Below, one piece after another: positions 47,802-61,212 of a stretch of DNA of 64,000 nucleotides; position 1 is the stretch's first letter; each line of letters opens with the position of its first letter. A program made the position numbers and the translations under genes. Origin of the DNA: Oculina patagonica (Eukaryota); contig NC_135761.1 in NCBI RefSeq assembly GCF_052425735.1, forward strand, positions 50,282,001 to 50,346,000, given 5' to 3'. The notes under the pieces were generated by a model, which was given only the letters and a program-made list of their open reading frames with translations, searched no databases and was not told where the DNA came from.

Positions 47802-50772
47802 TTATGGCTGGCATGGCGACGGAATTACTACAGTAACATTTCCTTGAAGACCTTTCTTAAAATCCAGCCACTTCAAAACATTTCCAATCCCTGTCAGGCA
47901 AGACTGAGAAAGTGCAGTAATGTTTTCCTGTGTAAGGACGTGATCCCAGATGTTCACATGCGCCAGCATTCCAATGAAGCACTTATCTTCCCTGAGGTCG
48001 CCTTGGTTCTGACCCAGCATAAGTATTCCTTCATCTTCAATCACATGATTAAGACACGCGCCTGAACCCATTCCATCTAAAAATCCATCTTTGTAGAATT
48101 TCCAGACACCTTGAGTATTTTCCCACGTGACACAAATATGATGCCAATTGCCGTCGTTTGCAGAAACTGAAGTTACGCTGCGTAAAGCGAGAAAAAGTAG
48201 AATAACAAATTTTGAATTGATTTTAATTTGTGCCTGAAATTGATGTGAAGAGCTATAGCATCAGGACGTCAATGGGATTACCGTATTTATTCGATTAAGC
48301 GCCCAACCTCGAATAAGCGCCCAGCCTCGAATAAGCGCTCACCCCCACCCCCAAAAGAGGCACAAGAGGAGTATTGACTATTATTGAAATTGAGATTGAA
48401 ATTGTCTAAATACTACAAAGAGACTACCCAGAAGATCGATTTTTCTTAGTATGTTTACAGAAACTTTCAATGAACAGTGAGTACATATACACATTTTGTT
48501 GTTATATATTGTTTTCTTGCAAAATAAAAGTACTCCTTGCTAAAAATGGTGAAAATTTAATAAGCGCCCGGCCTCGAATAAGCGCCCAGTGCGGTATACC
48601 AGCTCTTTCGAACACAAAAAGAAAAGGAAGGAGAAGAAGAAGGAAGAAGAAGAAGAAGAACAACAACAACAACAAAAAGAGGAAGAACAAGAAGAACAAG
48701 AAGAAGAAAAAGAAAAAGGAAGGAGAACAAGACCAAGAAGAGTTATACAATTTTCAAAAGGTAAATAATACCTACTCGATGGCATTTTGTTGATTTCCGA
48801 TCACTATGCGAAAGTTCTTGTAGTTTCTGATGACAAGTTCATTCTGTCTTCCTGCCGCAGAATAACTAATTGGCGTGCCCTTATTGTCTGCGTCACTGGT
48901 CTTCATCCAAAAACAAATTGTAAACGCTGCAAGCCTGGGGACCGGATTGCTCATGACAACTGAATCGGTAGTTCCCTTAGTAGTGAATTCCAATGCATAA
49001 TCTGAAACTATTTAAGACAGAAAAAAAAAACGCACTTTGATATGTATCACGGGAAGTGGAGAGGGAGACTGAAAGGGAGGTGTAGGACAAGAAAGGGCAC
49101 TCCGTGATATACATGTAAACTGTTGTGTCTGAATGAATAACAGATTGTAAAAGTAAAGCTGCGTTCACATTTAACCCGAAACATGTTTAGAATAAACATG
49201 TTTCAACGGAACATGCTTCACCTAAACATGCTTGTTATTGCATTGTTCACATTAGGTGCTAGTGTCAAACACGTTTCATGCCTGCTGCGTAATTTATGCG
49301 GTTTCACGGTTCTTGCATAAATCTTCTCCGTAAAAATATGGCTCGAAATTACAATAAAGTTTCCATTAAATCTTTGTCTTTTTGTCTATTTCCAAGCCCT
49401 TCGATGAAGCAGGGCTTTCAAGCGTTTAGCAAGAAGACAGTATTGTCCGAATTTGCGCTATCAGTCGGTAGCAGAAGATTTTTATTTTGTGAAGTTTGTT
49501 TTTAATTGCAATGCTGCAATGCTGCGCGCTTGTAGCCGCCGTCGTAAACTTTCGTGGCGATATTTTGCCAAATATTCTGCTTTCTATCCGTCACCGATAA
49601 TTTATATTGTTTCGCTTTATTAGCCCATATTTTAAATAAACATTAATTTTGGTCTCATAGAAAGCCCAAATTTGAAGCTTTTGAGCACTCGCCTCCTCAC
49701 TGCATGTCCGCCATTTTTAACTTGTTTAGTCTGATCATGATTGAAACTACCTCGTGAGGTAGTTTCAATCATGATCAGACTAATCATGTTTCGATCATGA
49801 TTCGCGCAATGCACTGCCTGATGTGAACACTTTTCACAGCGAAAAGTGATAAGACAAATTTCATTATTTTTACCCCCTCAAAAGGCTAAGGGTCACAAGT
49901 CAAATTAACAATTTCTAACAGGGAGATATGCAGGAGAAATTCATAAAGTACTTGGGTCTCCTAATTGATTCGCATCTCAGATGGAAGTATCACATCTACA
50001 TTTCTAAAAAGATTTAGCGATGTATTGGCACCTCTAAGATCAGGCACTCTGTGGCTGATCAGGTCCTTATACAGTTGTATTACTCACTAATTTATCCTTT
50101 TTTGACTTATATTTAATACTTGGGGAATACCTATCAAACGACTCTTTTACCTCTTATCATCTTACAAAAAAAAGCAGTCAGAATAATGACATTCTAGATA
50201 TAATTCCCACTCTAGTCCACTCTCAGAAATTAAAAATACTTAATGTAAGTGACTTAATATTTTGTATAGTGCTTTATTTATGTACGACTATTACTCTAAT
50301 AGCCTGCCTCTAATTTTTGACAATTTCTTTAAGAGTATCAACAAAGGCATCAATATCAAACCCGACTGGCAAGTAAGAGTTCATACTATCTGCCAAAAGC
50401 TAGGACTAATTACGGCAAATTTAACATTCGTTTTTCCGGTGCCAAATTTGATCATGATGACTCACTTAATCTAAGAGTTCTTTCAAAAATCTCGTAAAAG
50501 AATTGATTATCCCAATATTTTTTACTTTTTTTTTTTGTACATGCACTTTTCTTTTTTTTTTTGTTCTCTGCCTGTGTGTGTGTGTGTGAATGGAAATCGT
50601 GTCCCGTTTTTTTTCATACTCTGTAACTTTATTGCAATATTTTTTCCGCTGGCCCACCCACTTAGCTCGATTAGCCTTAGCTATTTCTAAGTGGCCGTGC
50701 TCTTTTTTATTGTTAATTATTACTCTTGCTTGTATCTACTTAATGTAAAACTCTTCTGGGCACGAAATAAAG

Positions 50773-50807
<35 letters not shown>

Positions 50808-53800
50808 GTTGTTGTTGTGATCAGACTAATCATGTTTCGGTCTAATGTGAACGCAGCTTTAAGACATATGAGGAATTACAAATGAATATTACATTTTTGC
50901 CATTTTTATTCTGAGGAACCACACTTTAAATATTTTTTTAATTAGGAATGTTAGCGATATAATAAATTGTAATATAATTTGAAATATTTAAAACAATATT
51001 GATTTTTAATAATTATTAATAAATTTGAGCAGCGGAGAGAACAAGCAATGACACAGTCCTCACGGTGAGCCCTCCAACATAAGCGATTTGGCAAAGAAGC
51101 CTGCTTGACTAACTGAATTACGAAGACAGTTGAATGAAATACTTTATTAAAGTGTCTGAAGTATTTAGCTTAAAAAAAAAACTAATTGTGGACACTATTT
51201 ACATTATTACATATCTAAGCTATTTAAAGTTAAAATATTTACACTTAAATTCTAAGAATAAATAAATAAATGAATAAATAAATAATTACAATAGAATATA
51301 AAATTTTATTATAAAAGTAGGTGAAAGATAAAAATAGCAGTTAAGATTTAAAAATTAAAAATTCAAAAGTTGGTAGAGCATCGCACTTAAATCGCACAGG
51401 TCACGGTTAGGATCCTGTCAAAACTCAGTTTTTTTAAGGTTTCCATTTTCCCAATTGTTTCAATGTTGGGCTCACAGTGTGGATTCGAGCCCTGGCCGGG
51501 GCACCGCGTTGTGTTCTTAGGTAAGACACTTTACTTTTATAGTGCCTCTCTCCACCCACGCATATAAATGTGTACCGGCGAATTACTGCTGGGGGTCACC
51601 TTGCGATAGTGACTAGCATCCCATCCAGGGGGAGTAAAAATACGCCTAGTCGCTTCACGCTTCAGAAACTGGGATAACATTTATAAAAATTCTAAAACCG
51701 TATCGAAGGCTGAAAATTTGGGTAAGAACGAATTTTATCCTTTCATATTTGCTGTAAATGGCAAATATATGTATTAAATGAATCAATCTTTTTTCGAATC
51801 CAACCTGGGACCAACACTAATTATCAAAACCCATTAATTAGTAATGTGAAGTGAACCTGTACAAAATGGTGAGGAGCGAATTTAGACAACACCGCTCTCT
51901 TAAGCACACTTAAGACTCAAATGTTTCGAAAAAAATAAGAGTGCTTAGCCTTGGTAAAAAATTAGACGTTATTATGTAGTTGAAAATAAACAGAAGGTGC
52001 AGATACTCACGCTCATTTTCAGAAAAGATTGCGCTTGCTGAAGATAACGACTGCGTTGGCGTTGCTTTTGTTGTTAATGGTAGTGGTGATGATGATAATG
52101 ATGATAATGATGATGATGAAGACAACGACATCGATGATGATGAAGAAAATGTCACTGATGTCGCTGCTGCTGCTGCGGCTGCTGCTGCTGCTGCTGCTAC
52201 AGTTGCTGTGGCCGCTGGTGTTGCTGTTCTTAACGATAACGACAACGATGATGGTGATGAAACTGACATCAAAAATATGAAACCTTATATTAGTTATTGA
52301 ACTTGACCTGTAGACTATAACAAACTAAATATGCTACCCCCGCAGATTTGAACAAAGGATGGATATGTATTTTCCTTATCCAACCTGCTAAAATTTGAAG
52401 TTTTCTCCATTTTGTTTCTATTAGAAATTATTTGAAGTTGCAAGTGACCCTTCAGGAAAGCCCAAGGTACGCGAATCAACTTAGAATTTCCTTAATCTCT
52501 ACGCACTTTTGATTTTTCTTGAATGTATTTTGGTGGTTTCCTGGCGTAAAAGAAAAATCAATAAACTGACCAAGATGGAAATACCCAAATGACGGCCGTT
52601 CGGGGATTATGTCACCATACGACGCCATTATGTCATACTCTCTGCCTTTATTTAAGGAAACTCTTTCGAAATTCGGATCGACATTCTAGAATCCTTAACT
52701 GATTGCATTTGCATCTAATAATCGACACCATTTTACCACATGTCATAGCTGTCATGTTTTGACATATCAGACGACTTGGAACACGTGAGACCTAAATCCT
52801 TTTCTATCTTAAAGTTTTAGCTGGAGCTTTGCATTCAAACTCCGTCACATGTATGAATTTTACCTCTTTTTTTCTCTTCATCGTTTCCTTCCTCTAGCAA
52901 AAGCGGCGTAGTATGATAAGTTACATAATAACTGATCTAAACGGAGTACATAAATTCTCACATGATCAGTAGCCAAGCTTCGGAAATAAAATTTTGCGAT
53001 TATATATCAATATGGCAAACGTGTGCGATCAACTGTGGAAGAACAAAAATTAACTCACGAGATCAAACGAGTTTTCCGATGTCAGAAATCGGAAATCTTC
53101 GCAAAAGTGTTGCGGGGCTTACCTCGGGTGTTCCTTTTGATTTCAGGGCTGCAGCCAAAACACTAAGAAGGAAAGAAACAGTCTTGGTTTATTTATCTAA
53201 TACGTTGAAATGTTTCTAGTCTGCAAAAAGTTCGCGTTCGAGCCTAGTGGCCCAAACTGCCAGCGTTCAACACTGTTTTCCTTGGAGGAACACGGCAACT
53301 CATCAAAAAGGTGGAAATATTAAGTTGGTAAGGTAACTATTAAAAGGAAATGTCTGCGTTCGAGCCTAGTGGCCCACCGAGACGGAGCTTATCAAGGTCG
53401 AAGCGACTAGGAGTTTTCTACTCCGCCTGGAAGAGATGCTAGTCCATCGTGGGGTTACCCCAGCAATAAATTCCCCTGTAGCCTTTAAAACACCTAGGTG
53501 AATACAGAAACTGTGAGAGTAAAGTGACATGCCCAATGAACACAACGCAATGACCCCGACCAGGACTTGATTTTGGACCGTTGGATCCAGAGTCAAGCGC
53601 ACTAACCCGCCGACGCACTCCACTCTACTCTTCATACATTCGAGCCATTTTAGAGGTCTGTAAGAAGGCTATGAATGTTTTCTTTACCTTTACTTTACTA
53701 TACTGAGAGAACACAAAACCCTTTTCTGGTTCCAAGCGATCCTCGTTTCCTTCAAGCACACCAGCAACATTTAACTCGCAAATCCCGTTCCTCTCTTGTC

Positions 53801-54041
53801 TTGGCAGTTTGAAATTTGTTGAAACGCACCTTGCGTCCCTCAAACAGGAATGGCTACACGAAGGAAGACTTAGGGCGCGCAGTGTGTTAAACACGTGTCC
53901 ATCGAGACGAAAGTGTAGCCTTGTTATTAGGGCTCCTTCTGTGTAACGTCCTTCAACGTTATCTGACGTGGCTGCGTCAGCATTGAAAAGTGTCGCCAGC
54001 AGTAAAAATAACTCTACTGTTTTTGCAACATGGCGTTTCAT
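47802..54041 (-). CDS. Secreted PAN/apple-domain + pentraxin protein (331 aa)
   Basis: Exons 54041-53688 (signal peptide and PAN domain: CSHSCLRDARCVSTNF...CELN), 53162-53123 (CFGCSPEIKRNTR), 49001-48776 (YALEF...AFTICFWMKT...GTPISYS...NEL) and 48177-47802 (NDGNWHHICVTWE = pentraxin HxCxTW; LMLGQ; NIWDHVL; GNVLKW). Intron phases 0/1/2 are all compatible; 996 nt in total. Confidence 0.9.
48618..48742. repeat. (GAA/CAA)n microsatellite
   Basis: Read directly. Confidence 0.9.
49157..50858. mobile_element. PIF/Harbinger-like MITE interrupted by a LINE fragment
   Basis: TAA|AGCTGCGTTCACATT ... AATGTGAACGCAGCT|TTA (TWA target site), with aaacatg repeats. Confidence 0.7.
49850..50817 (+). mobile_element. 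Degenerate 3' fragment of a CR1/L2-group LINE
   Basis: KYLGLLIDSHLRWKYHI and RTNYGKFNIRF in broken frames. AATAAA and a (GTT)n tail at 50766-50817. Confidence 0.8.
52060..52265. repeat. Compound (GAT)n/(GCT)n trinucleotide repeat in the pentraxin intron
   Basis: Read directly. It generates spurious ORFs in three frames. Confidence 0.85.
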
Positions 54042-57000
54042 CGCTGCCGTTTGCAGAGGCGACTAAGCTATGGAGGAAATTAATGGAGGCTTGCTTAGTT
54101 TCGAAGTTCACTAATTATAAATGCCACCAGCTGTAATTAAAATCCACAATTACATGTAATAAGTAAAAAATGTTGGTGGGACATGGAAAAATAGTACCAG
54201 CGCCTGGTAGCTCTGAGTTTTGCAAGTTATGCATACAAAACAAAACTTTTCAAGCACTTGCATTAACTTCTTTATCTTGATACCTAATACATTTCGTTAG
54301 TTTTTCCAGAGCTAACTTGTCTTCTCTTGTCCCCTGTTAATTTAGCCGTTCAATAGTCTGTTATTAAAACCAAACCCAAGCTCCTCAAATACCTTTTATC
54401 ATTTCTGATGTGTTTTTTTTGTCATTCATGGTTGCATTCGGCTCTTTTCAGTTTCAATCTAATTTCATTTTTTTAACAATGAAGCTCTTGTGGCACGTTC
54501 TGTTTTTCATAAGGTTTTAATCACTTCTAAGTTCGTTCTGAATTTAAACAGAGGAACAACTATAACAATCGATGTTTAAGTTGGGTTCTTTCCAATTGAT
54601 TTAAAATTCATCTCGATTTTTTTCTTTTCGATAAATTACACTTTAGTGACAAACGTTAAAGATTAATTAACAACCATGTCCGAAATTTCAAGACTCTCGT
54701 GGTAGAGAAAATACTGTAAATTTGAAAACTAGAACGTTTAATATGGGAATCACTGGCCATGTCTAGCATGATAATATTGGCCATTAAACAGTTGTGTGTT
54801 GACCGGTTGCGCATAATTTCGTTTCGATATATATATTGTGGACCAATTTGCCCGCTTTATGCGGCAAAATTGGGGGGAAAATGCCGATTTTTCATACTAC
54901 AGTAACACGTTTTATTCCAAATGCATGTTTCGATGGGTCATTTTGGATGGTTATCGTTCAAACAAAATTAAGAAAAAGTCCTGCTGATATCAAAATTTGA
55001 AGCCCTTGAAAAAACTACAGCGCAAGCAAACAGTTTGGGCTAGCTACATTGTCATGGCATAGCCAGGTTTAGTGTCGACAGGTGACTTTCACATTACGCT
55101 GACAAATTTATATTTATGAATTTTGCTATCTTACAGCGCAAGGCATGTTACGTTTTTTTTAAGAAAGTTCCACTTCTGAGGCGGGATATTTATCAATAAG
55201 ATCATATTTTACTCACTTTTCTGTCCTCTCGTTCTCCTGCACTATTTCAAAAAGGTTAGCTTCATTAAAGTGCGAAGACTGAAACACCGTTTACAGTCAA
55301 CCATCCGATCTTTTTGGATTTAATTCAATCGACTAGTTTGTGGTTTATAAAAATTAAGAAACACTAATAAAACAGTAATGACGCTTTTTGTCGGTAAACA
55401 TCGCATTCTTAGTGGTTAATAATAATTATTATAATTATTATAACTAACTTGATGAGTAAGGGCAACAAATATAATGTGTATTTCACTTAACAATTATCAT
55501 AACAAACAGCTTATTACCGATTACACGTGCCGGCCGGCAATCGACAGTGTGCAATACAGCACAAGTAAATTAAATTGTTTATTTTAAAGCATTATGGACC
55601 GTTGGGAATTTATTTTTCAATGAATACCTTGCAGGACGACTTAAAAATTTGCGTCTCATTTTGACAACCCAAAAAATTTACAGACGTTCAAGTCATATAT
55701 TTTGATAATTGCAAACATCAAGGACAAGCAGCGTTTCTTATTTTAGCCGGTCAAATTAAATTCCCGCATCCATTCCTTTGATTGGAGTCTAAATTTTGAC
55801 GCAGCTGCGACATACAGCGGAAATAAAATGTACAAAAATGGGAACCTTTACATTGCTAATCGATGATGATTGTAAAAGCTGCCATTGAATTCTGACGCGT
55901 TTTTATCAATTGAAAACGAAAAAAAATTATCAGTGTTAGCAACTTTTGCAGTAGCGTTTTTTTCTAATTAAACAAAGCAGACGTTAGTCATATAGACATA
56001 GAAATTGTAATTCGTATAGTTTCTTGGATATGATTTTTACTTTTCAGTACCTTCTCTCGAGCCTGCTATAATTGTTCTATACAATCTATTTTAAACATGA
56101 TTTATTCTGATGTGTCTCGGTGTGTCTCTTACCTAAAAGCGTTTCCTTGTTTACACTGCACCGAATGTGAAGTTGTGCCGCGACTATCAAAAATAATTCT
56201 CTTCATAATTTGTGGATCTTATACTGAATAAAAAGAGATATATATAAAACACACCCGAGTTATTGCTTCCTAATTCTACTGAGTGAGGATTGCTGAAACA
56301 ATCCCACACATATGTGCTAAAAAAATCACACATGTACTCTCCGGCGTTTACTTGGAATCGTGGCTGCCAGGTCAAACAAATATTTCCATCAGTTTTATAA
56401 AGTAAGTATTGTTCCACGGTTATCGGCAGCTAAACTGACAAAAAATATTAACAAAAAAAAAAATAAACTTCAGTAGCGACCAATTTGACTGGATAAATAC
56501 GGTAATCGATAAACTATCACTCAAACACTCTGCAAGTCCGAAATACGTTTTAAAGAAATGTCTGTTCGATCTTTCCGATGCTAAATTTGATTGCTCGATC
56601 TACCAGGCCTTGACCTTCTTGAGAACTTGTCCGGTAGTGGGATGTTATTGCTTGCATTGAACCCAAACATCCGCTGTCAAAATTAAATGCTATTATAAAC
56701 TGTCTGTACTAATTTTAGAAAAAATGATTCTTGAAAATATAATCAACAAAACCAACTATAATTTTGTGCTTGTATGGTCTTATGACCTTAACGCAGACAT
56801 CGATCTGCGTATTTTTTCTTTTATCTTTTTTTTTTATTACACTTTGTCAGAAAACTAATCGACCAAGTAATTGAAAATTTAATCAAAAATAAGGATAAAT
56901 ATATGCGAAGGTCTTCCGCCTTTAGCGCAATGACATATAATCAATATGATTTTGTTTCTTTCTGGATTTTTTGCCACACTTTTCTAATAAGTGTTTCTTT

Positions 57001-57329
57001 CAGGGGTTTAAACGAGAGCAACTAAAATCGAACGACCTTCAAAATAAATGTGGCACTGAGATCTGTAGTATCATTTGTTTATTCTTGGAAATGCTATATG
57101 ATAAACAAAAGGCACAGCTGACGGTTCGCCAGCTGATAATCTAACAACAATTTGCTTCAGAGATCCAAACAGGAAATAGTGCATTGGTAGAAATTACAAA
57201 AAAGTGTTGTTTACACGGAAAAAAAATTTTGCGCTCGTCAAACCGTTTAGGTTCAACTGCACTTATTAAATCGCACTCTCGTGGTGGAAAAAATGTACAC
57301 AAACACTATTTTTAACAGATCCGAGTATT

Positions 57330-57838
57330 TATAACAATAATAATAAATATTAAAACTCTTTTGCAGTTAAAAAGGAACTGAATTAGCCAGTAACTCTTAC
57401 ATGAGATATGATAAGTATACTATTTACAATTAACAATCTATCAAAAACTGACTACGCATAATAAATATTTACGAAAAGTAGCGAAATGTAAAAAAAAGCT
57501 TTCAACTCTTTTTGTCCTACATGTTATGGCATTATTATACAGGTAAAACCTTGGCGCTTTCTGCCTTGAATTATTCTTAGACTCTATTAGTGCTGGTCTC
57601 GGTAACAGATGGTGAAACGGATGTTCATTTGACTTCATTTGATTCGTGTATTTACCGCAAAAGTATTCTCTTTTGGTTTCCATTCTAACTAATTGAGCTA
57701 GCTGTAAGGCATGAGCATATGATTCGGCGTCAGGATAAATGATGTGAAGCACAATTTTTTATATCCACTCTAATTCATCAGAGAGGTAGCCCGCGATGGC
57801 CTGCCAGACTTAGGCAGCATACTCTAAAACAGGCCGGG
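57330..57838 (-). mobile_element. 3' fragment of an L2/CR1-group LINE
   Basis: RPVLEYAA.VW...LHIIYP...YAHAL...HPFHHLLP is typical of the post-RT C-terminal domain. (TTA)n tail at about 57330-57350. Confidence 0.75.
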
Positions 57839-58046
57839 CTAGCCTGCGAACAGGTGTGACAAAGGTACCGTTTAATGTGACTTGGACTCTTATCAGAATC
57901 GGTTACTAACTTCGACGTGCGTCAAATCCCTGTCAAAGGCGATATCAAATGACTTGTTGGCATTTGATGTCTATTATCAAAGTCAGGAAACTTTTCGTGC
58001 CGTGAAGCGAACAAGAGTCTCTCTCTAGTTTTGTATCGGCTATTAA

Positions 58047-59507
58047 CCCTTAATATGCTGAAATTGCTCCGAAAAACACGTTTTTTTTAACCGCTAATCA
58101 GTTTTGTTGGCTCTACGGTCCTAAAATTCTCTAAACTTCGCTAGAAATGCACTTTCTGACACTGCATTAAGTTTTTGATGAGATTTCCATGTAAAAATGT
58201 ACAACATTTCACTTTGGCGCATGCGTATTAGCCAAATTTGACTTGTTTTTTTTTTTTTTTTTGCTGAAACATTCTGATTTTTTTTCCCAGCTACTTTCCT
58301 TTTGGTTTTGGTTTTGGTTTTATTTTCTCTATCTTTTACTCTGTGCACGCCTTCTACTGGCCTGAAAAGTTTTGATCTTAATCAATGGAAAACCCTGGAA
58401 AGGAGACCATGATCAAGCGTCATAAGTGGTTGAATGGCCATTCCTCCAAATCCCGGAATAATCCGGACTTAGCATATTAAGGTGGCTCCATAGGGTTTTG
58501 AGATATTACGGCGCGCGCACAAGTGATACCCATCAAGAGATCATTTTCGCGTTATTTTTTAAACTAGTTAAATAAAAGCTGCCGAAATATTAAAAACAAG
58601 GACTAAAATATGTTGTGCATTATTCTTTTTTAAAATAACGGCCTTTGTTTTTGAGCTTCATCTACTCAAAAAGTGCTATTTTTTGGTGTTTTTATGGCTT
58701 TGATCTTAAATTTCTTTAATTTTCTTCGGTGAAATTTTTTGAAATTCTCCCAACGGATTGAATTTGATGAGAAATAACTTTTAAAAACAAAAAAAGTAGG
58801 GGTTGTCCAGGTCGTTTTTGCGTTTTTGGTTATTTTGTGTTTTTTTGACTAAGCAAAAAAACTGGCCTACAGATTTTTTTAAAAAAACGGCAAAAAGGGC
58901 AGTTAAAAAGGTATCACATATATGCCAAATTTTAAGGAATTTCACCGAAGGAAACTCTAGTAAATACAAGGGGAAAATTTCTATTTTCGCCCGAATAACA
59001 ATTACGTCATCAGAATAGAAATTGTCCAAGATCGCTATTTGAGCATGCGCGAACTTTCGAACCATACGAGTTGATGTGTAAAGACGAGCGTTCCCCGTTG
59101 TTGTCGGTTTTTGTGCGAATATCTGTTAACCCCAAGGTTAGTTAGAGACATACCTTAATCCTTTATGTAGCAGAATCTCTGAAATTCTGCTCCAAGTATT
59201 TTACAATCGCGGAGACTATTCTTTATTTTCTCTTTTGCTTTCGATCGTACGAACTTCACAAAAGCGGCCAGAAGCACCGCGGACGTTGTAAACACCTTTT
59301 TAGGGTGTTGTAAACTCTTTTATCTGCTCAACACAGGAAAGCACGGGTGTTATTTCATTGGCAGGAAGCAAGTCTCGCGTTTTCTCGCCTCAAATTTCAC
59401 GCTCGCGTGAAGCCGCCATGTTTGTTTTGATTTGCCGGCATTTCAAGCTCGCCCTTTCGTACCCATTCTTCGCGCGGTCAAGAAACCCTATGGAGCCACC
59501 TTAAGGG
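58047..59507. mobile_element. piggyBac-like MITE whose right TIR is split by a Kolobok-like element
   Basis: TTAA|CCCTTAATATGCT ... AGCATATTAA[insert]GGG|TTAA. Confidence 0.75.
58481..59500. mobile_element. Kolobok-like non-autonomous element, TTAA TSD
   Basis: TTAA|GGTGGCTCCATAGGGTTT ... AAACCCTATGGAGCCACC|TTAA. Confidence 0.85.
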
Positions 59508-60611
59508 TTAAAGAAGTTAAGTTAGCATCTTAATTCTCAACTCTTACCAATAACCAGACGATCATCCCAGATGCCCCAGCTGCTGCCAGGATAAATATCA
59601 GGAATGGCCAGGCATTAAATATCGTATCAGCAAAGTTCTGTGTTCTGGTTTTCTAGGACAAAAATAATTTGAAGTGCAGTTACATCAAAACGACGAATAA
59701 TAAACGGTTATTCAATGAACCCCAATGTATGGTCTCTCTACCTCACTAAATAGTTCTTTGCAAGCTCCGTAGTTTTGCGACCCCTGTCCAGGGTCCCATG
59801 CCTTTTTATTAGGTCCCATAGCCGACCATCTTGTACAGCTCTTGGATCCCTTTGTGTGTGGTGGTCCCTTAGCACTCTGATTTACTGTATAGCCTTCATT
59901 CCCACTTGTAAAGCTTCCCTAACCGGACTTGTATATTCGAAACATCCCCTTTTCACTTGCAGGCACTTTAAAAAGTTGCCCGAAAAGGCCGTTCTTTAGG
60001 GAGTGTGTTACGGATTAATCGCTTGAAACGGTGAAAGAACATCTCAATTAAACAGCAAATACAAAAGAACATATGGATGGTCAAAAGTGAAAAAGATTAA
60101 GAAGGATTACGATATGGATTTTTGAAATACTATAGGGCCGAACAGTTATCGAAGCTTATTTATAAAGTTTATTTGGTTCCAATGAAGCTATGGTTTTGTC
60201 ATTTAGATCCCTAGAAGTAATTTTTTTACAAACACTACGTTAAATAGCGAGTATTTGGCAAAACTTTATAAAATAAAATTAACTCAGCCGTGTCACAGTC
60301 CCTTTAATTGGACTACAAACTTGACGGATTTCTATAATTTTCCGAAAGTATATAATGCAATTTTAATCTTGTCAAAATTGACGTTTTGTACCTGGGGTCC
60401 ATCGTAGACTAACATCACGACCCTTGGCGCTGCCACCACGGACACAAACGGTTGGTCCCTGTACTTGTCTCTGTCCAGTTTGGATTGGTACACCGGGAAT
60501 GTGAAATCGTACATTTGTTCTGAAAAGTGTTCCTCTGCTTCTCTGTTGCTCTTCATGAATGTGCCGTAAACAATTTTACTTCCATTACAACAGTAGTGAA
60601 CAACACAACAA

Positions 60612-60773
60612 CAACACCTGTTGATCAAACCTGTTGATCAAACCTGTTGATCAAACCTGTTGATCAAACCTGTTGATCAAACCTGTTGAGCAAACCTGTT
60701 GATCAAACCTGTTGAACAACACCTGTTGATCAAACCTGTTATAAAACCTGTTGAACAACACCTGTTGATCAAA
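60612..60773. repeat. 13-bp minisatellite (ACCTGTTGATCAA), about 12 units
   Basis: Read directly; includes a few acctgttgaacaac variants. Confidence 0.92.
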
Positions 60774-60811
60774 ATTCACATCCGTTGATAACAATCATGA
60801 ATTTATACTTC

Positions 60812-61212
60812 AAGGGACTGTGTCAAGGATTTAATTAGCTAGATTTAGGCATGATGTGGAAAATGACCATTTAATGCGTTTATATACAAAAAGCTGTTAA
60901 AACAGTAAAGGAACACTTCAATAACACACCAAATACGAAAGAGGTACGGATGGCCAAAAGCGACGGATTTTGAAACGGATTGCGATGGGTTTTTTTTAAT
61001 ATTGTTGGGCTGAACACTTTTGAAAGTTAATCTTTTTTGCCCGTAACTTTAAATTAAAACGCCCCGGAGACACATTTGGTTGTAATGAAGTTTTTTTTGT
61101 CATTTAGACCCATTGGAGTAATCTCTTTACAAAGACTACATTTCATAGCGAGTATTTGGCAAAACGTGATAAAATAAACTTAACGTAAACTCAGCCGTGA
61201 CACAGTCCCTTT
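60812..61212. mobile_element. Kolobok-like MITE; partial sibling at about 60000-60305
   Basis: aagggactgtgtca ... tgacacagtccctttaa. The same right end occurs at 60285-60307. Confidence 0.7.

Noticed and set aside
48470-48793. Lys-rich or Phe-rich ORFs
   Set aside because: They are translations of a (GAA/CAA)n microsatellite plus a MITE in an intron.
51910-52300. Asp-rich / poly-Ala ORF resembling a coral acid-rich skeletal protein
   Set aside because: It is a trinucleotide microsatellite inside the pentraxin intron, open in several frames, with no signal peptide or splice support.
60612-60773. CRISPR-like repeat array
   Set aside because: The 13-bp units are head to tail with no unique spacers, there are no cas genes, and the context is eukaryotic.
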